45,042 nt of DNA, taken from assembly GCA_030605095.1 (NCBI GenBank), contig JAUWBJ010000003.1, positions 1 through 45,042 on the forward strand, in the 5' to 3' direction. The stretch comes from Candidatus Omnitrophota bacterium. GTDB taxonomy: Bacteria; Omnitrophota; Gorgyraeia; JABMRN01; RBG-13-46-9. A program made the position numbers and the translations under genes. Below the pieces are notes generated by a model. It saw only the letters and a program-made list of their open reading frames with translations, did no database searches and was not told the origin of the DNA. Shown piece after piece: positions 1 through 9,175 of this stretch (position 1 is its first letter; each line of letters starts with the position of its first letter).

Positions 1-90
1 GTATCTAAATATATTAAACCCAAAGCTATTCGCCCTAATATAGAAGACGAAGGTATTTCGCCGGAGATAGACGGCGAGGGCGATGATTAA
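1..90 (+). CDS. 3' end of an upstream CDS (partial, product unknown)
   Basis: Frame 1 is open from the window edge to TAA at 88-90 (..IEDEGISPEIDGEGDD*). Too short to identify. Confidence 0.3.
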   Translation, partial: VSKYIKPKAIRPNIEDEGISPEIDGEGDD

Positions 91-92
91 AA

Positions 93-1187
93 ATGCGTAT
101 AATCAGAAACTATTTACTGCGGGAATTCGTAGGACCTTTCTTCTTATCCCTCTTTGTGTCAACAATGATACTTGCCACGGGTCATATCATACAGGTAGCC
201 GACCTTATAATCAATAAGGGCGTAAGCGTTTTTTATGTTATGCAGCTTTTCTTTTTATTAATGCCGTGGCTTTTAACATTTACCATACCCATATCGGTTC
301 TTTCAGCGACGCTCCTTGCTTTCGGGAGGATGGCAAGCGACAATGAAATTATTGCCTTAAGAGCGAGCGGGGTAAGTCTCTATGAAATTGCCGCGCCACT
401 TCTTATTGTCTCACTTATAATAAGTTTGTTTTGCGTCCCTCTTAATGACAAAATCTTACCGAAATCCGGTTTCAACGCCAGAAAATTAATAAAAGAGATT
501 GGCATAAAGAATCCCCTCGCTCTTTTAGAGCCGGGCATATTCGTTAAGGGCTTTGAGGATTACATAATATTTGTCTATAGCATAAATAAGAATAAGCTGA
601 GGAATATACGAATATACCAGCCGCAGGAAGGAAGGCCCACCCGGACAATAGTAGCCGAGGAAGGCGAAGTTATAGCAATCCCTGAAAAGAATATGATAAA
701 GCTTAAGTTGAAAAACGGCAGCGCCGACGAATCACTACCGCAGGACCCGGAAAAATTTTACAAACTGGTGTTTGAAACATATTATATGACATTGAATCTT
801 AAAGGTGCGTTACAACACAAAAATATAGAGAAGAAGGCAAGAGAAATGAGCATAGTTGAGTTGAGGCGTGAGATAAAGAAATTAGAGAGGGACAAAATTA
901 ATGCCACGCCTCTTTACATAGAAGTGCATAATAAGTTAGCGCTCGCATTCTCGAGTTTTGTATTTGTTCTTATAGGGATACCGATTGCCGTAAGGACGCA
1001 TAGGAGAGAAAAATCGATAAACTTCGGTTTTACGATGCTTCTCTTTCTTATATATTGGGGTATTATGCTGGGAGGGATAGCGTGCGTAATACGCAATATC
1101 ATGCCTCCCTGGGCCGGGGTATGGATGGGTAATATTATATTGTTTTCGATAGGTGTATTTTTATTTCTTAAAGTTGCAAGGCAATAG
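93..1187 (+). CDS. lptF: LptF/LptG family (YjgP/YjgQ) LPS export permease
   Basis: 364-aa multi-TM ORF. The N-terminus MRIIRNYLLREF.. and the ALRASGVS motif are typical of the family. It directly abuts a paralogue. Confidence 0.8.
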   Translation: MRIIRNYLLREFVGPFFLSLFVSTMILATGHIIQVADLIINKGVSVFYVMQLFFLLMPWLLTFTIPISVLSATLLAFGRMASDNEIIALRASGVSLYEIAAPLLIVSLIISLFCVPLNDKILPKSGFNARKLIKEIGIKNPLALLEPGIFVKGFEDYIIFVYSINKNKLRNIRIYQPQEGRPTRTIVAEEGEVIAIPEKNMIKLKLKNGSADESLPQDPEKFYKLVFETYYMTLNLKGALQHKNIEKKAREMSIVELRREIKKLERDKINATPLYIEVHNKLALAFSSFVFVLIGIPIAVRTHRREKSINFGFTMLLFLIYWGIMLGGIACVIRNIMPPWAGVWMGNIILFSIGVFLFLKVARQ

Positions 1188-2279
1188 ATGGTTATCGTAG
1201 AGCGATATATATTCAAAGGATTCATACGGACATTTCTTTTTTGCGTTTTTATTTTATGGATTTTGTTCATAATAGGCGATATATTCGGTTTTCTGGATGA
1301 AATACTGAGGGAACGCATACCTTTTTCAAATCTTGCCGCTTTCTATTGGTACCTTACGCCGTTTGTTCTCACGCAGATTATTCCTGTTTCTACGCTTATT
1401 GCGTGCGTTTATCTTTTGGGAAATTTAAATAAACACAATGAAATTACAGCTCTTCGGGCCAGCGGTGTAAGCGTATGGGAAATCTTAAGGCCTATGCTCA
1501 TGGCGGCATTTATCATAAGCCTGTTTGTATTTATAGTCGGCGATAGAATGTTGCCTCCTGCCATGAGGATAGCGAATAGAATTCGCTACGAAAAACTCGA
1601 TGTCGGCAAACGCGGAAAAGCCCAGACGGTTAAAATAAAAAATGTGGCAATATATGGATACGGAAATAAGATTATTTTTGCCAGGGAATTTGATATAAAG
1701 AAAAACACGCTTAAAGACGTAATCATACACAGTCACGATACGAAGAATGACCTTATATTAAAGATTTCAGCCCGGTCAATGTACTGGACAAAAGAGGATA
1801 CCTGGCGCGGCAGAGATGTAATTATGTATAAAATGAACAATAAAGGCGAATTTGTCGGAGAGCCCGTTATTTATAAAGAAACGCCTATGTCAGTTACTGA
1901 AACGCCTACAGATTTTATTAATAATCAATGGAAACCGGAATATATGAGTTTCGCGCAGTTAAAAAGATATATAAAAATATTCACAACCGGCTCAAAAGGC
2001 ACGTATAGAAGGTTTCTCGTTGATTTAAATTATAAATTAGCGTTCCCGTTTACCTGCATAGTAACAGTCCTTATAAGCGCGCCGTTTGTGCTTTCGACCA
2101 AAAGAGGGGGTGCGCTTCTGGGCATGGCAAAGGGTATTATTATAGCGCTTCTTTATATCCCCGTAATGGCTGTCGGCCTGGCACTGGGAAAAAGCGGGGC
2201 CCTACCTCCTCTTTTAGGGGCATGGTTTAGCAACATACTTTTCGGCGGCTTGGGGATTTATTTGCTTAATAAATATTAG
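1188..2279 (+). CDS. lptG: LptF/LptG family LPS export permease
   Basis: 363-aa paralogue (IVERYIFKGF.., ALRASGVSVWE) whose start abuts the previous stop. Confidence 0.8.
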   Translation: MVIVERYIFKGFIRTFLFCVFILWILFIIGDIFGFLDEILRERIPFSNLAAFYWYLTPFVLTQIIPVSTLIACVYLLGNLNKHNEITALRASGVSVWEILRPMLMAAFIISLFVFIVGDRMLPPAMRIANRIRYEKLDVGKRGKAQTVKIKNVAIYGYGNKIIFAREFDIKKNTLKDVIIHSHDTKNDLILKISARSMYWTKEDTWRGRDVIMYKMNNKGEFVGEPVIYKETPMSVTETPTDFINNQWKPEYMSFAQLKRYIKIFTTGSKGTYRRFLVDLNYKLAFPFTCIVTVLISAPFVLSTKRGGALLGMAKGIIIALLYIPVMAVGLALGKSGALPPLLGAWFSNILFGGLGIYLLNKY

Positions 2280-2292
2280 AATTAAGGATTAA

Positions 2293-3249
2293 ATGGGGAG
2301 AAGCATGAAGAAGTTTTTAAAGATATTACTCGTTATATTTATCGTAGTTAATTTATATTCTTTGATTCCAATCGTTACTTTTTACCTGAAGAAGGAGCCC
2401 GCTGTTATAACGACAAATCAGCAAATCACAGAAAAATTCAAAGGAAATGAAAAACCTTATTTCAGCTTTATCGTAGTAAGCGATACCGGAAGCGGATTTT
2501 TTATGAATGAAGCAGCTACCTTGAAAATAGTATCGAGGATTAACAGGGAAGACAGATTTAAGAAAATCCCTATAGATTTTGTTCTCAATATAGGCGATGT
2601 TACATTTAGGGGGAAAGAATCGCACTACAAAAACTATCTCAGGATAAAAGACAGGATAAAATTTCCCGTGATAGACGCCATAGGAAACCACGACGACGAT
2701 TTAGACGACGGGCCGCGGGGATTAGCGCTATTTAATAAATATTGCGGGGGGGAAGAATTCTCTTTTACCGATAGAAATTCTTACTTTATTGTTTTAGATG
2801 ACAAAGACGGCGATTTCAAAGAAGAGCAGTTTAAATGGCTCGAAGACGAACTTCTCAAAGCCCAAAATTATAAGCATATCTTTATCTTTATGCATAAGCC
2901 GCCTTTTAATCCCTATCAACAGGCATGGTATAGGGTCGAAACAAACCCCTGGAGCCATCGATTCCTGAAACTCTGCGACAAATATAATGTCGATATTGTC
3001 TTTTCAGGACATGAGAATGTGAGTAGAGTCGCTAAATTCGGCTCTGTTACCTATATAGTATGCGGCGGAGGAGGAACACTTCTTGTTCAACCGACATCCG
3101 GCAACGCATTTCTCAATTATGTATTCGTTAAAATTAATAGAGATTATGTAGATTATGAAATACGCAAAGTCAGCCCGCCTGTCTGGGAATTCTTCGCTTA
3201 TTATATGTGGAAGGACCTTATCTATTTTGTCCAGGGGCTGTTGAATTAG
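2293..3249 (+). CDS. Metallophosphoesterase with N-terminal TM anchor
   Basis: Calcineurin-like motifs: SDTG, GDVTFRG, GNHD, and GH near the C-terminus. Confidence 0.7.
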   Translation: MGRSMKKFLKILLVIFIVVNLYSLIPIVTFYLKKEPAVITTNQQITEKFKGNEKPYFSFIVVSDTGSGFFMNEAATLKIVSRINREDRFKKIPIDFVLNIGDVTFRGKESHYKNYLRIKDRIKFPVIDAIGNHDDDLDDGPRGLALFNKYCGGEEFSFTDRNSYFIVLDDKDGDFKEEQFKWLEDELLKAQNYKHIFIFMHKPPFNPYQQAWYRVETNPWSHRFLKLCDKYNVDIVFSGHENVSRVAKFGSVTYIVCGGGGTLLVQPTSGNAFLNYVFVKINRDYVDYEIRKVSPPVWEFFAYYMWKDLIYFVQGLLN

Positions 3250-3917
3250 ACCCCGCGGGCAAGGGTTAAAGAGAAAACCTTACTCGCCTTAGCGCCTCGC
3301 AGCACTTTCGCGCATTCGTTTATTGTCGTGCCTGTTGTATATACGTCATCCACCAGAAGCACGCACTTGTCAGAAAAAGCGCCTTTATCGACAATAAGAA
3401 AGCTATCTTTTACATTTTTCAATCGTTTTTCCCTGCCCAACTCGCTTTGCGATCGCGTCCATCTTATCTTTTTTAAGTTTTTTGCGTCAATGGGAATTGC
3501 GAAATTTTTTGATAAAGAACGGGCGAGGATTTCAGCGTGGTTATACGTTCTCTCTCTTTTTTTTGTCGGATATATAGGCACCGGCGTAATTAAATCTATG
3601 TTTTTATCTATGTCGTGTTTTTTAACAAAATCTATCATAATATCTCTAAAGATGTCTGTGAGCCCGATATATCCTTTATATTTAAATAGATGGATGCATT
3701 CTTTTATCGTGTCTTTATAATAAGAGCAGGACCAAGCTTTTTCGATATAAGGGTTTTTTGAGCCATATTCGGCGCATAATCTTATCTTATTCAGGCATAA
3801 ATCGCAAAGTCCGTATTTACTGGAGCAGCTTCTCCCGCATACATAGCAGACAGGCGGAAGCACGATATCCAGGAGGGCTTTGAAGATTGATTTCGGTTTT
3901 TGCAATACTGAAGGCAT
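3246..3917 (-). CDS. comF: ComF family protein (phosphoribosyltransferase domain)
   Basis: N-terminal CxxC..CxxC zinc finger and a C-terminal PRTase motif VLLVDDVYTTGTT. Confidence 0.8.
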   Translation of the reverse strand: MPSVLQKPKSIFKALLDIVLPPVCYVCGRSCSSKYGLCDLCLNKIRLCAEYGSKNPYIEKAWSCSYYKDTIKECIHLFKYKGYIGLTDIFRDIMIDFVKKHDIDKNIDLITPVPIYPTKKRERTYNHAEILARSLSKNFAIPIDAKNLKKIRWTRSQSELGREKRLKNVKDSFLIVDKGAFSDKCVLLVDDVYTTGTTINECAKVLRGAKASKVFSLTLARGV

Positions 3918-3969
3918 AGCTTAAACATCTTATCACCCCGAAACTGCCTTGTCAACCTTCGCATTTCGC

Positions 3970-3998
3970 TTGAAGAAAGCGCAGGCTTGTGGTATATT
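3970..3998 (+). promoter_or_regulatory. Sigma70-like promoter candidate (TTGAAG-17-TATATT with upstream TGG)
   Basis: -35 at 3970-3975 and -10 at 3993-3998 with a 17-nt spacer. Lies in the divergent gap between comF and the phosphate transporter. Confidence 0.4.
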
Positions 3999-4025
3999 GT
4001 GTGCCGATAGACAGAAAGAGAAATT

Positions 4026-4163
4026 ATGGGGCAAAAGAAGAGAACACAGATAAAATTCAAACAAAAAATAAAAAGAAGAAAAAGACGTCAGAGATTCTCA
4101 AAAAAGGGAAAAAATCCAGACGAGTATTTTTATAGCGGTGTCTATGTTTCACGGTCGTCATAA
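4026..4163 (+). CDS. Hypothetical 45-aa hyperbasic peptide
   Basis: ATG..TAA ORF below the track cutoff: MGQKKRTQIKFKQKIKRRKRRQRFSKKGKNPDEYFYSGVYVSRSS. Downstream of the promoter candidate, with a weak SD. Confidence 0.3.
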   Translation: MGQKKRTQIKFKQKIKRRKRRQRFSKKGKNPDEYFYSGVYVSRSS

Positions 4164-4169
4164 GGTCGT

Positions 4170-5294
4170 ATGAAACAAATCCTATCCAGAATTTTTAGAA
4201 TAATCAGCGTCTTATTTTTTCTTTATCTATTCTTTGTTAGCATAAGCTTGATGAGCCACGCTTTTAAGGGCTTCGGCAGCGGCTTTGCCGAGCGCCTTAT
4301 AACGACAACGGCCAACCCATTTGTCGGTTTATTCATAGGTATTTTAGCTACCAGCATTATTCAGAGCTCCGGCACCACGACATCCATGGTTGTGGTATTT
4401 GTAGCCTCGGGTGTTCTTTCGATAAGGTGCGCCATTCCTATTGTTATGGGCGCAAATATAGGGACAACCGTTACCTCTACGCTCGTTGCCCTTGGCCATA
4501 TTACGCGAAAAGAAGAATTTAAAAGGGCATTCAGTGGCTCTATCGTGCATGACCTCTTTAACATGTTAACAGTCATTATTCTTTTTCCGATAGAAATGTC
4601 CACTCACTATCTCGAAAAAGCCGGAATATTTTTGTCTTCTGTCTTTAACAATATGGGAGGAGTAGCGATTACAAGCCCCATAAAGTCTATTGTAAAGCCG
4701 GCCATAAATGCTATTGATAGTTTATTGAGAAATTATACATGTGTTTCAAATGTTGCCTTAAATATCATTCTTCTTGCCATAGCTCTGGCCTTGCTTTTTA
4801 TGTCTTTATACAATATTTCTATGGTGATGAGATCGTTAGTTATGAAAAAAGCGGATATAGTGTTTGATAAAGTTATTAGAAGAAGTGCCATACTTGCGAT
4901 GCTTATGGGGATGCTTTTTACAGCGATGGTGAGGTCGAGTTCCATTACTACAGCTATCCTTGTGCCTCTGGTTGCTGCGGGGGTACTGCAGTTAGAGCAC
5001 TCTTTTCCTATAGTCTTGGGGGCAAACATAGGCACGACGATTACTGCAATGCTCGCTGCCCTTACGGGCAATATTGCGGGTATAACTATTGCATTTGTTC
5101 ATCTGGTTTTTAATCTTACGGGGATTCTGATTATCTATCCCTTGAAATGGTTAAGAAAGGTTCCAATAGTGGTTGCACGTTTTATAGCCGAAAAATGTAC
5201 AAAACGCAGGATATTCGCCATTATTTATGTATTGGTTATATTCTATGCGTTGCCTATAGGTTTGATTCTGTTGTCAAGGTTTTTTAAAAGATAA
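4170..5294 (+). CDS. Na/Pi cotransporter family protein
   Basis: Multi-TM protein with the duplicated motif QSS(G/S)(T/I)TT..GANIGTT characteristic of NptA-type transporters. Confidence 0.85.
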   Translation: MKQILSRIFRIISVLFFLYLFFVSISLMSHAFKGFGSGFAERLITTTANPFVGLFIGILATSIIQSSGTTTSMVVVFVASGVLSIRCAIPIVMGANIGTTVTSTLVALGHITRKEEFKRAFSGSIVHDLFNMLTVIILFPIEMSTHYLEKAGIFLSSVFNNMGGVAITSPIKSIVKPAINAIDSLLRNYTCVSNVALNIILLAIALALLFMSLYNISMVMRSLVMKKADIVFDKVIRRSAILAMLMGMLFTAMVRSSSITTAILVPLVAAGVLQLEHSFPIVLGANIGTTITAMLAALTGNIAGITIAFVHLVFNLTGILIIYPLKWLRKVPIVVARFIAEKCTKRRIFAIIYVLVIFYALPIGLILLSRFFKR

Positions 5295-5306
5295 GCGAGG
5301 TGGATT

Positions 5307-5993
5307 ATGTTTAAGAATCTTATATCGTTTTGGAAGGGAAAGGATTTTTTGACAGAGGTCCTGGAGGAATTTAAGGAAATGCTGGACGATACCAAGTACA
5401 TGTTCGAATCCGTGTGCAAGGGATTGATAAAGGGAAAGGTAGAGCCGAATCTCAAAGACAAGATTTACGAAGTAGATAGAAAGGTAAATCGTCTTGAAAA
5501 GGAGATAAGAAAAAGGATTGTCGAGCACCTATCCATCCAACCTGCCGTAGACGTTCCCGTATCATTGGTATTGATGAGCGTTGTGAAGGACGCAGAAAGA
5601 ATAGGCGATTATTGCAAGAATTTATTTGAGATTATAGGCCTCCTCGATAAGCCTCTCAAACAAGAGCGATTCGAAGAGTTATTTAACGGCATCGATAAGA
5701 AGATTTTAGAGGAATTTGAAAAGACACAAAAAGCGTTTATGGAATCGGATGAAGAAGTAGCCAAGGAGATTCTCTTCTTGGAAAGAGAAGTTGTAAAAAA
5801 TTGCGACGATATCGTAAAGAAACTCGCAAAAGGCAATCTTTCAACAAATGAAGCCGTATGCTTTACGCTCCTGGCGCGATATTTTAAACGCGTGGCTGCG
5901 CATCTGGCCAATATAGGATCTTCTGTAATACTCCCCGTAAGCGATTTGGACTTTTTTGACGAGAAATTACGCCACGAGAAGAACAACGCCTGA
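5307..5993 (+). CDS. PhoU domain-containing protein
   Basis: Helical 228-aa protein with the DAERIGD motif, immediately downstream of the Na/Pi transporter, a recurrent pairing. Confidence 0.7.
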   Translation: MFKNLISFWKGKDFLTEVLEEFKEMLDDTKYMFESVCKGLIKGKVEPNLKDKIYEVDRKVNRLEKEIRKRIVEHLSIQPAVDVPVSLVLMSVVKDAERIGDYCKNLFEIIGLLDKPLKQERFEELFNGIDKKILEEFEKTQKAFMESDEEVAKEILFLEREVVKNCDDIVKKLAKGNLSTNEAVCFTLLARYFKRVAAHLANIGSSVILPVSDLDFFDEKLRHEKNNA

Positions 5994-6006
5994 CAGACTT
6001 GATTTA

Positions 6007-6036
6007 TTGACTTTTTTCGTATATATTTGATATAGT
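6007..6036 (+). promoter_or_regulatory. Sigma70-like promoter candidate (TTGACT-18-TATAGT with TGA extended -10)
   Basis: -35 at 6007-6012 and -10 at 6031-6036, directly upstream of the glgC leader hairpin. Confidence 0.45.
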
Positions 6037-6043
6037 ATTTTAC

Positions 6044-6078
6044 CACCTACGCGGTGTGGTTCCCACACCGCGTAGGTG
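6044..6078 (+). promoter_or_regulatory. Perfect 16-bp stem / 3-nt loop hairpin in the glgC leader
   Basis: CACCTACGCGGTGTGG-TTC-CCACACCGCGTAGGTG. No U-tract follows. The 3' arm contains AGGTG, 4 nt before ATG 6083. Confidence 0.6.
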
Positions 6079-6082
6079 TGTA

Positions 6083-7351
6083 ATGGTGCATAATATGAGA
6101 GACGTCTTATGTGTGATAATGGGTGGGGGAAGAGGCACCAGGCTCTATCCCCTGACAAAGGAAAGATGTAAACCTGCTGTCCCTTTAGCGGGGAAATATC
6201 GTCTCATTGATATCCCTATCTCTAATTGCCTTAATTCCGGCCTTAACAAAATATACGTCCTTACCCAATTTAATTCCGAATCACTCAATAAACACATAAC
6301 AAGAACCTACAAACTCGATCCTTTTTCGGAAGGATTCGTGGAAATTATGGCCGCGGAACAAACAATGGAAAATACACTGTGGTTTCAAGGAACAGCCGAC
6401 GCGGTAAGAAGATGCCTCAGGCATTTCAACGACCCTGCCTTTAAGTATATAGTTATCCTTTCAGGAGACCAGTTATACAAGATGAATCTGAAGGAGATGC
6501 TGGATTTTCATAAGGAAAAACGCGCCGAAATAACCCTTGCCTGCAACCCTACCTATGAAAAAGAGAATTTAAGCGAACTCGGCATTATAAAGTTAGGCGA
6601 AGATAATAGAATCGTAGATTTTTTTGAAAAACCAAAAAACCAGCGTCAATTGGAGGATTCGGCTATTGTAATAGACGGCAAGAGATGTTTCTTGAGTTCT
6701 ATGGGCATATATATATTTAACAAAGATGTTCTTGTTGAGCTTTTGACTAGAGATAATAAGACCGATTTTGGCAAGGAGATTATACCTGATGCATTTTCAG
6801 CGCAGGTAACGGAGGCCTTTGTTTATAAAGGGTATTGGCGCGATATAGGTTCCATAAAAAATTTCTATGACGAAAACCTCGTGCTTACAGAACCGGTTCC
6901 GCCGATAAACTTTTTTGATGAAAGCTGGCAGATATTTACAAGACCGAGATACCTCCCACCGGTAAAAGTAAAGAATGGCAAAATATCAAAATCAATTATT
7001 TCCGAAGGATGTATTATAGAATCAGCCACTATTAAACATTCTGTTATAGGCCTGCGAAGCAGGATAGAGGAGAAATCTGCTATTGAGGACTCGATTATTA
7101 TGGGATGCGATTTTTATCAGGATCTCGCTGAAATCCTGTCTGATAAAGCCAGCGGTAAACCTATTATGGGTGTAGGAGAAAATTGCGTCATTAAAAAAGC
7201 CATCCTCGATAAAAATGTTAAAATCGGAAATAACGTTAAAATTATAAATGAGAAAAAGTTGAAAGATTTCAAAGGCGAAAATTTCTCCATAAAAGACGGC
7301 ATAGTCATTATCCACAAGAATTCGACAATCCCCCCTGGCACTGTAATTTAG
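6083..7351 (+). CDS. glgC: Glucose-1-phosphate adenylyltransferase
   Basis: GGGRGTRLYPLT nucleotide-binding motif and a C-terminal left-handed beta-helix region. The track start 6056 lies inside the hairpin, so ATG 6083 or 6095 is more likely. Confidence 0.85.
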   Translation: MVHNMRDVLCVIMGGGRGTRLYPLTKERCKPAVPLAGKYRLIDIPISNCLNSGLNKIYVLTQFNSESLNKHITRTYKLDPFSEGFVEIMAAEQTMENTLWFQGTADAVRRCLRHFNDPAFKYIVILSGDQLYKMNLKEMLDFHKEKRAEITLACNPTYEKENLSELGIIKLGEDNRIVDFFEKPKNQRQLEDSAIVIDGKRCFLSSMGIYIFNKDVLVELLTRDNKTDFGKEIIPDAFSAQVTEAFVYKGYWRDIGSIKNFYDENLVLTEPVPPINFFDESWQIFTRPRYLPPVKVKNGKISKSIISEGCIIESATIKHSVIGLRSRIEEKSAIEDSIIMGCDFYQDLAEILSDKASGKPIMGVGENCVIKKAILDKNVKIGNNVKIINEKKLKDFKGENFSIKDGIVIIHKNSTIPPGTVI

Positions 7352-7355
7352 TTTT

Positions 7356-8435
7356 ATGAAGATTCTACACTTAATTCCCGCGCTGGAGACAGGCGGCGTG
7401 GAAACAGGCACAATTGATTTAGCGTTGTCACTGAAAAGATCAGGCCAAACCGTCGTCGTTATTTCTAACGGCGGAAGGCTCGTCGAAGATTTAGAAAATA
7501 ACAACATTCTTCATATTAAACTTCCCGTTCACAAAAAATCTCCGCTTGCGCTTTTACTTACGATGCGAGTAGCCTCTCTTATAAAGACACAAAGAATAGA
7601 CATCGTTCACGCTTCAAGCCGCGTTCCGGCCTGGATAGGGTTTTTAGCCTGCAAGTTGACAGGCACGCCATTTGTTACCAGTTGCCACGGCTTTTATTCC
7701 AGGCATTTATTTAGTTATGTTATGGGTTGGGGCAAGCTTGTAATGGTTATCTCAAAAAGCGTAGAAAAGAGAATGGCGGAAGATTTTAAGGTCCCGAAGG
7801 AAAAAATCCGGCTCGTATATAGAGGAGTTGATTTAACGAAATATCAATACTGTCCCGATAAGTACGATAGAGAAAAAGACTATTTTACGATTATAAATAT
7901 CGGCAGATTAACACCTATTAAAGGCCAGTATGAATTTATGAAGGCAATGAAGCACGTTATAAATAAAACAGAGCGCATAGAAATATGGATTGTAGGCGGC
8001 CTTCAAACAGGAAAAGCTCGTTATTTGGATATGTTGAAAGATTTGGCAAAAGAACTCGGGATAGAAAAACACGTTAAATTTCTTGGCGCAAGAAGCGATA
8101 TACCTGATTTATTAAAGAAAGCTGACTGTTTGGTGCTTTCGACAGAAGTTCCGGAGGGATTCGGGAGAACCGTAATAGAAGCAGGGGCCATAGGCACTGC
8201 CGTATGCGCATCAGAGGTGGGTGGCATAAAGGAGATTATAGATAACGGCGTATCAGGGTTACTTTTTCCTCCCGGCGATGAAACTGGAATGTCCGAGGCT
8301 GTCCTCAGAATGCTTGACGACGTCGAGCTTCGCAAGAGGTGCGCTAGAAACTTGCGAAAGAAAGTCGAGCAATTTTTTACTCTCGAGAAAATGGCAAAGG
8401 CGACTCTTTCTGTTTACAAGGAAGCGGTGAAGTAG
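7356..8435 (+). CDS. Glycosyltransferase family 4 protein
   Basis: GT-B fold features, including the E(G/A)FG..(I/V)EA motif (PEGFGRTVIEAGA). Confidence 0.75.
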   Translation: MKILHLIPALETGGVETGTIDLALSLKRSGQTVVVISNGGRLVEDLENNNILHIKLPVHKKSPLALLLTMRVASLIKTQRIDIVHASSRVPAWIGFLACKLTGTPFVTSCHGFYSRHLFSYVMGWGKLVMVISKSVEKRMAEDFKVPKEKIRLVYRGVDLTKYQYCPDKYDREKDYFTIINIGRLTPIKGQYEFMKAMKHVINKTERIEIWIVGGLQTGKARYLDMLKDLAKELGIEKHVKFLGARSDIPDLLKKADCLVLSTEVPEGFGRTVIEAGAIGTAVCASEVGGIKEIIDNGVSGLLFPPGDETGMSEAVLRMLDDVELRKRCARNLRKKVEQFFTLEKMAKATLSVYKEAVK

Positions 8436-8438
8436 GTT

Positions 8439-9137
8439 ATGCGAAGAATTATCTTTATTGCCATAACTCTTGTGCTGAATCTCGAAATTTTCTGTGCGGC
8501 AGGTACGGAAAGCTTTTTTGAAGAGAGAAGAAAAATGATGGTCGATGAACAGATTATACCCCGAGGTGTAAAGGATAGCCACGCTATCAATGCTATGTTG
8601 AAAGTGCCACGGCACCTGTTCGTGCCGGATGGTCTAAAAAACATCGCATATGAAGATAGGCCTTTACCCATCGGACACGGTCAAACTATCTCTCAGCCTT
8701 ACATTGTCGCATTTATGACAGAGGCCTTAGGCCTTAAAAAACAGGATAAGGTTTTGGAGATCGGCACAGGAAGCGGATATCAGGCAGCGATATTGGCAGA
8801 GATTGTCCGCGAGGTTTATACAATAGAGATAATTCCGCCGTTAGCGGAAGAAGCGAAAAGAAAGCTTGATGAACTGGGCTATCGCAATATAACTGTAAAA
8901 TGCGGGGACGGATATCTGGGCTGGAAAGAAAAGGCACCATTCGACGCCATCATAGTTACCGCAGCGCCGGAAAAAATCCCGCAAATGCTTGTCGAGCAGT
9001 TAAAAGAAGGCGGCCAAATGGTCGTGCCGATAGGAGCATTTTTTCAGGAATTGTATCTTATTACAAAGACAAAAGATGGCATAGAGAAGAAACCTTTGAT
9101 TCCTGTCAGGTTTGTACCCATGGTACATGGGAGATAG
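8439..9137 (+). CDS. pcm: Protein-L-isoaspartate O-methyltransferase
   Basis: SQPYIVA and the LEIGTGSGYQAA SAM motif. It has a hydrophobic 32-aa N-terminal extension; an alternative start is M33 at 8535. Confidence 0.85.
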   Translation: MRRIIFIAITLVLNLEIFCAAGTESFFEERRKMMVDEQIIPRGVKDSHAINAMLKVPRHLFVPDGLKNIAYEDRPLPIGHGQTISQPYIVAFMTEALGLKKQDKVLEIGTGSGYQAAILAEIVREVYTIEIIPPLAEEAKRKLDELGYRNITVKCGDGYLGWKEKAPFDAIIVTAAPEKIPQMLVEQLKEGGQMVVPIGAFFQELYLITKTKDGIEKKPLIPVRFVPMVHGR

Positions 9138-9175
9138 ATATTGACGAAAAGAAAATCGTGTGTTAAATTAAACGT

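Noticed and set aside
3246-3249. 4-nt overlap of the convergent stop codons of the metallophosphoesterase and comF, with no terminator between them.
   Set aside because: It is real in the sequence, but such overlaps are common in compact genomes. There is no further structure to interpret.
7022-7507. Long minus-strand ORFs antisense to well-supported genes. Examples: 7022-7507, 14606-15046, 14817-15314, 26906-27355, 33325-33798, 38465-38935, 5609-6046, 30511-30903 and 31284-31697.
   Set aside because: Each lies entirely or mostly inside a plus-strand gene with clear family motifs. Their translations are low-complexity (Ser/Pro/Ile/Phe-rich) with no recognisable motifs. They are typical shadow ORFs.
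8900-9166. Plus-strand 88-aa ORF out of frame within the 3' end of pcm.
   Set aside because: It overlaps the conserved C-terminal part of Pcm, has an Arg-rich nonsense-like composition, and has no SD.
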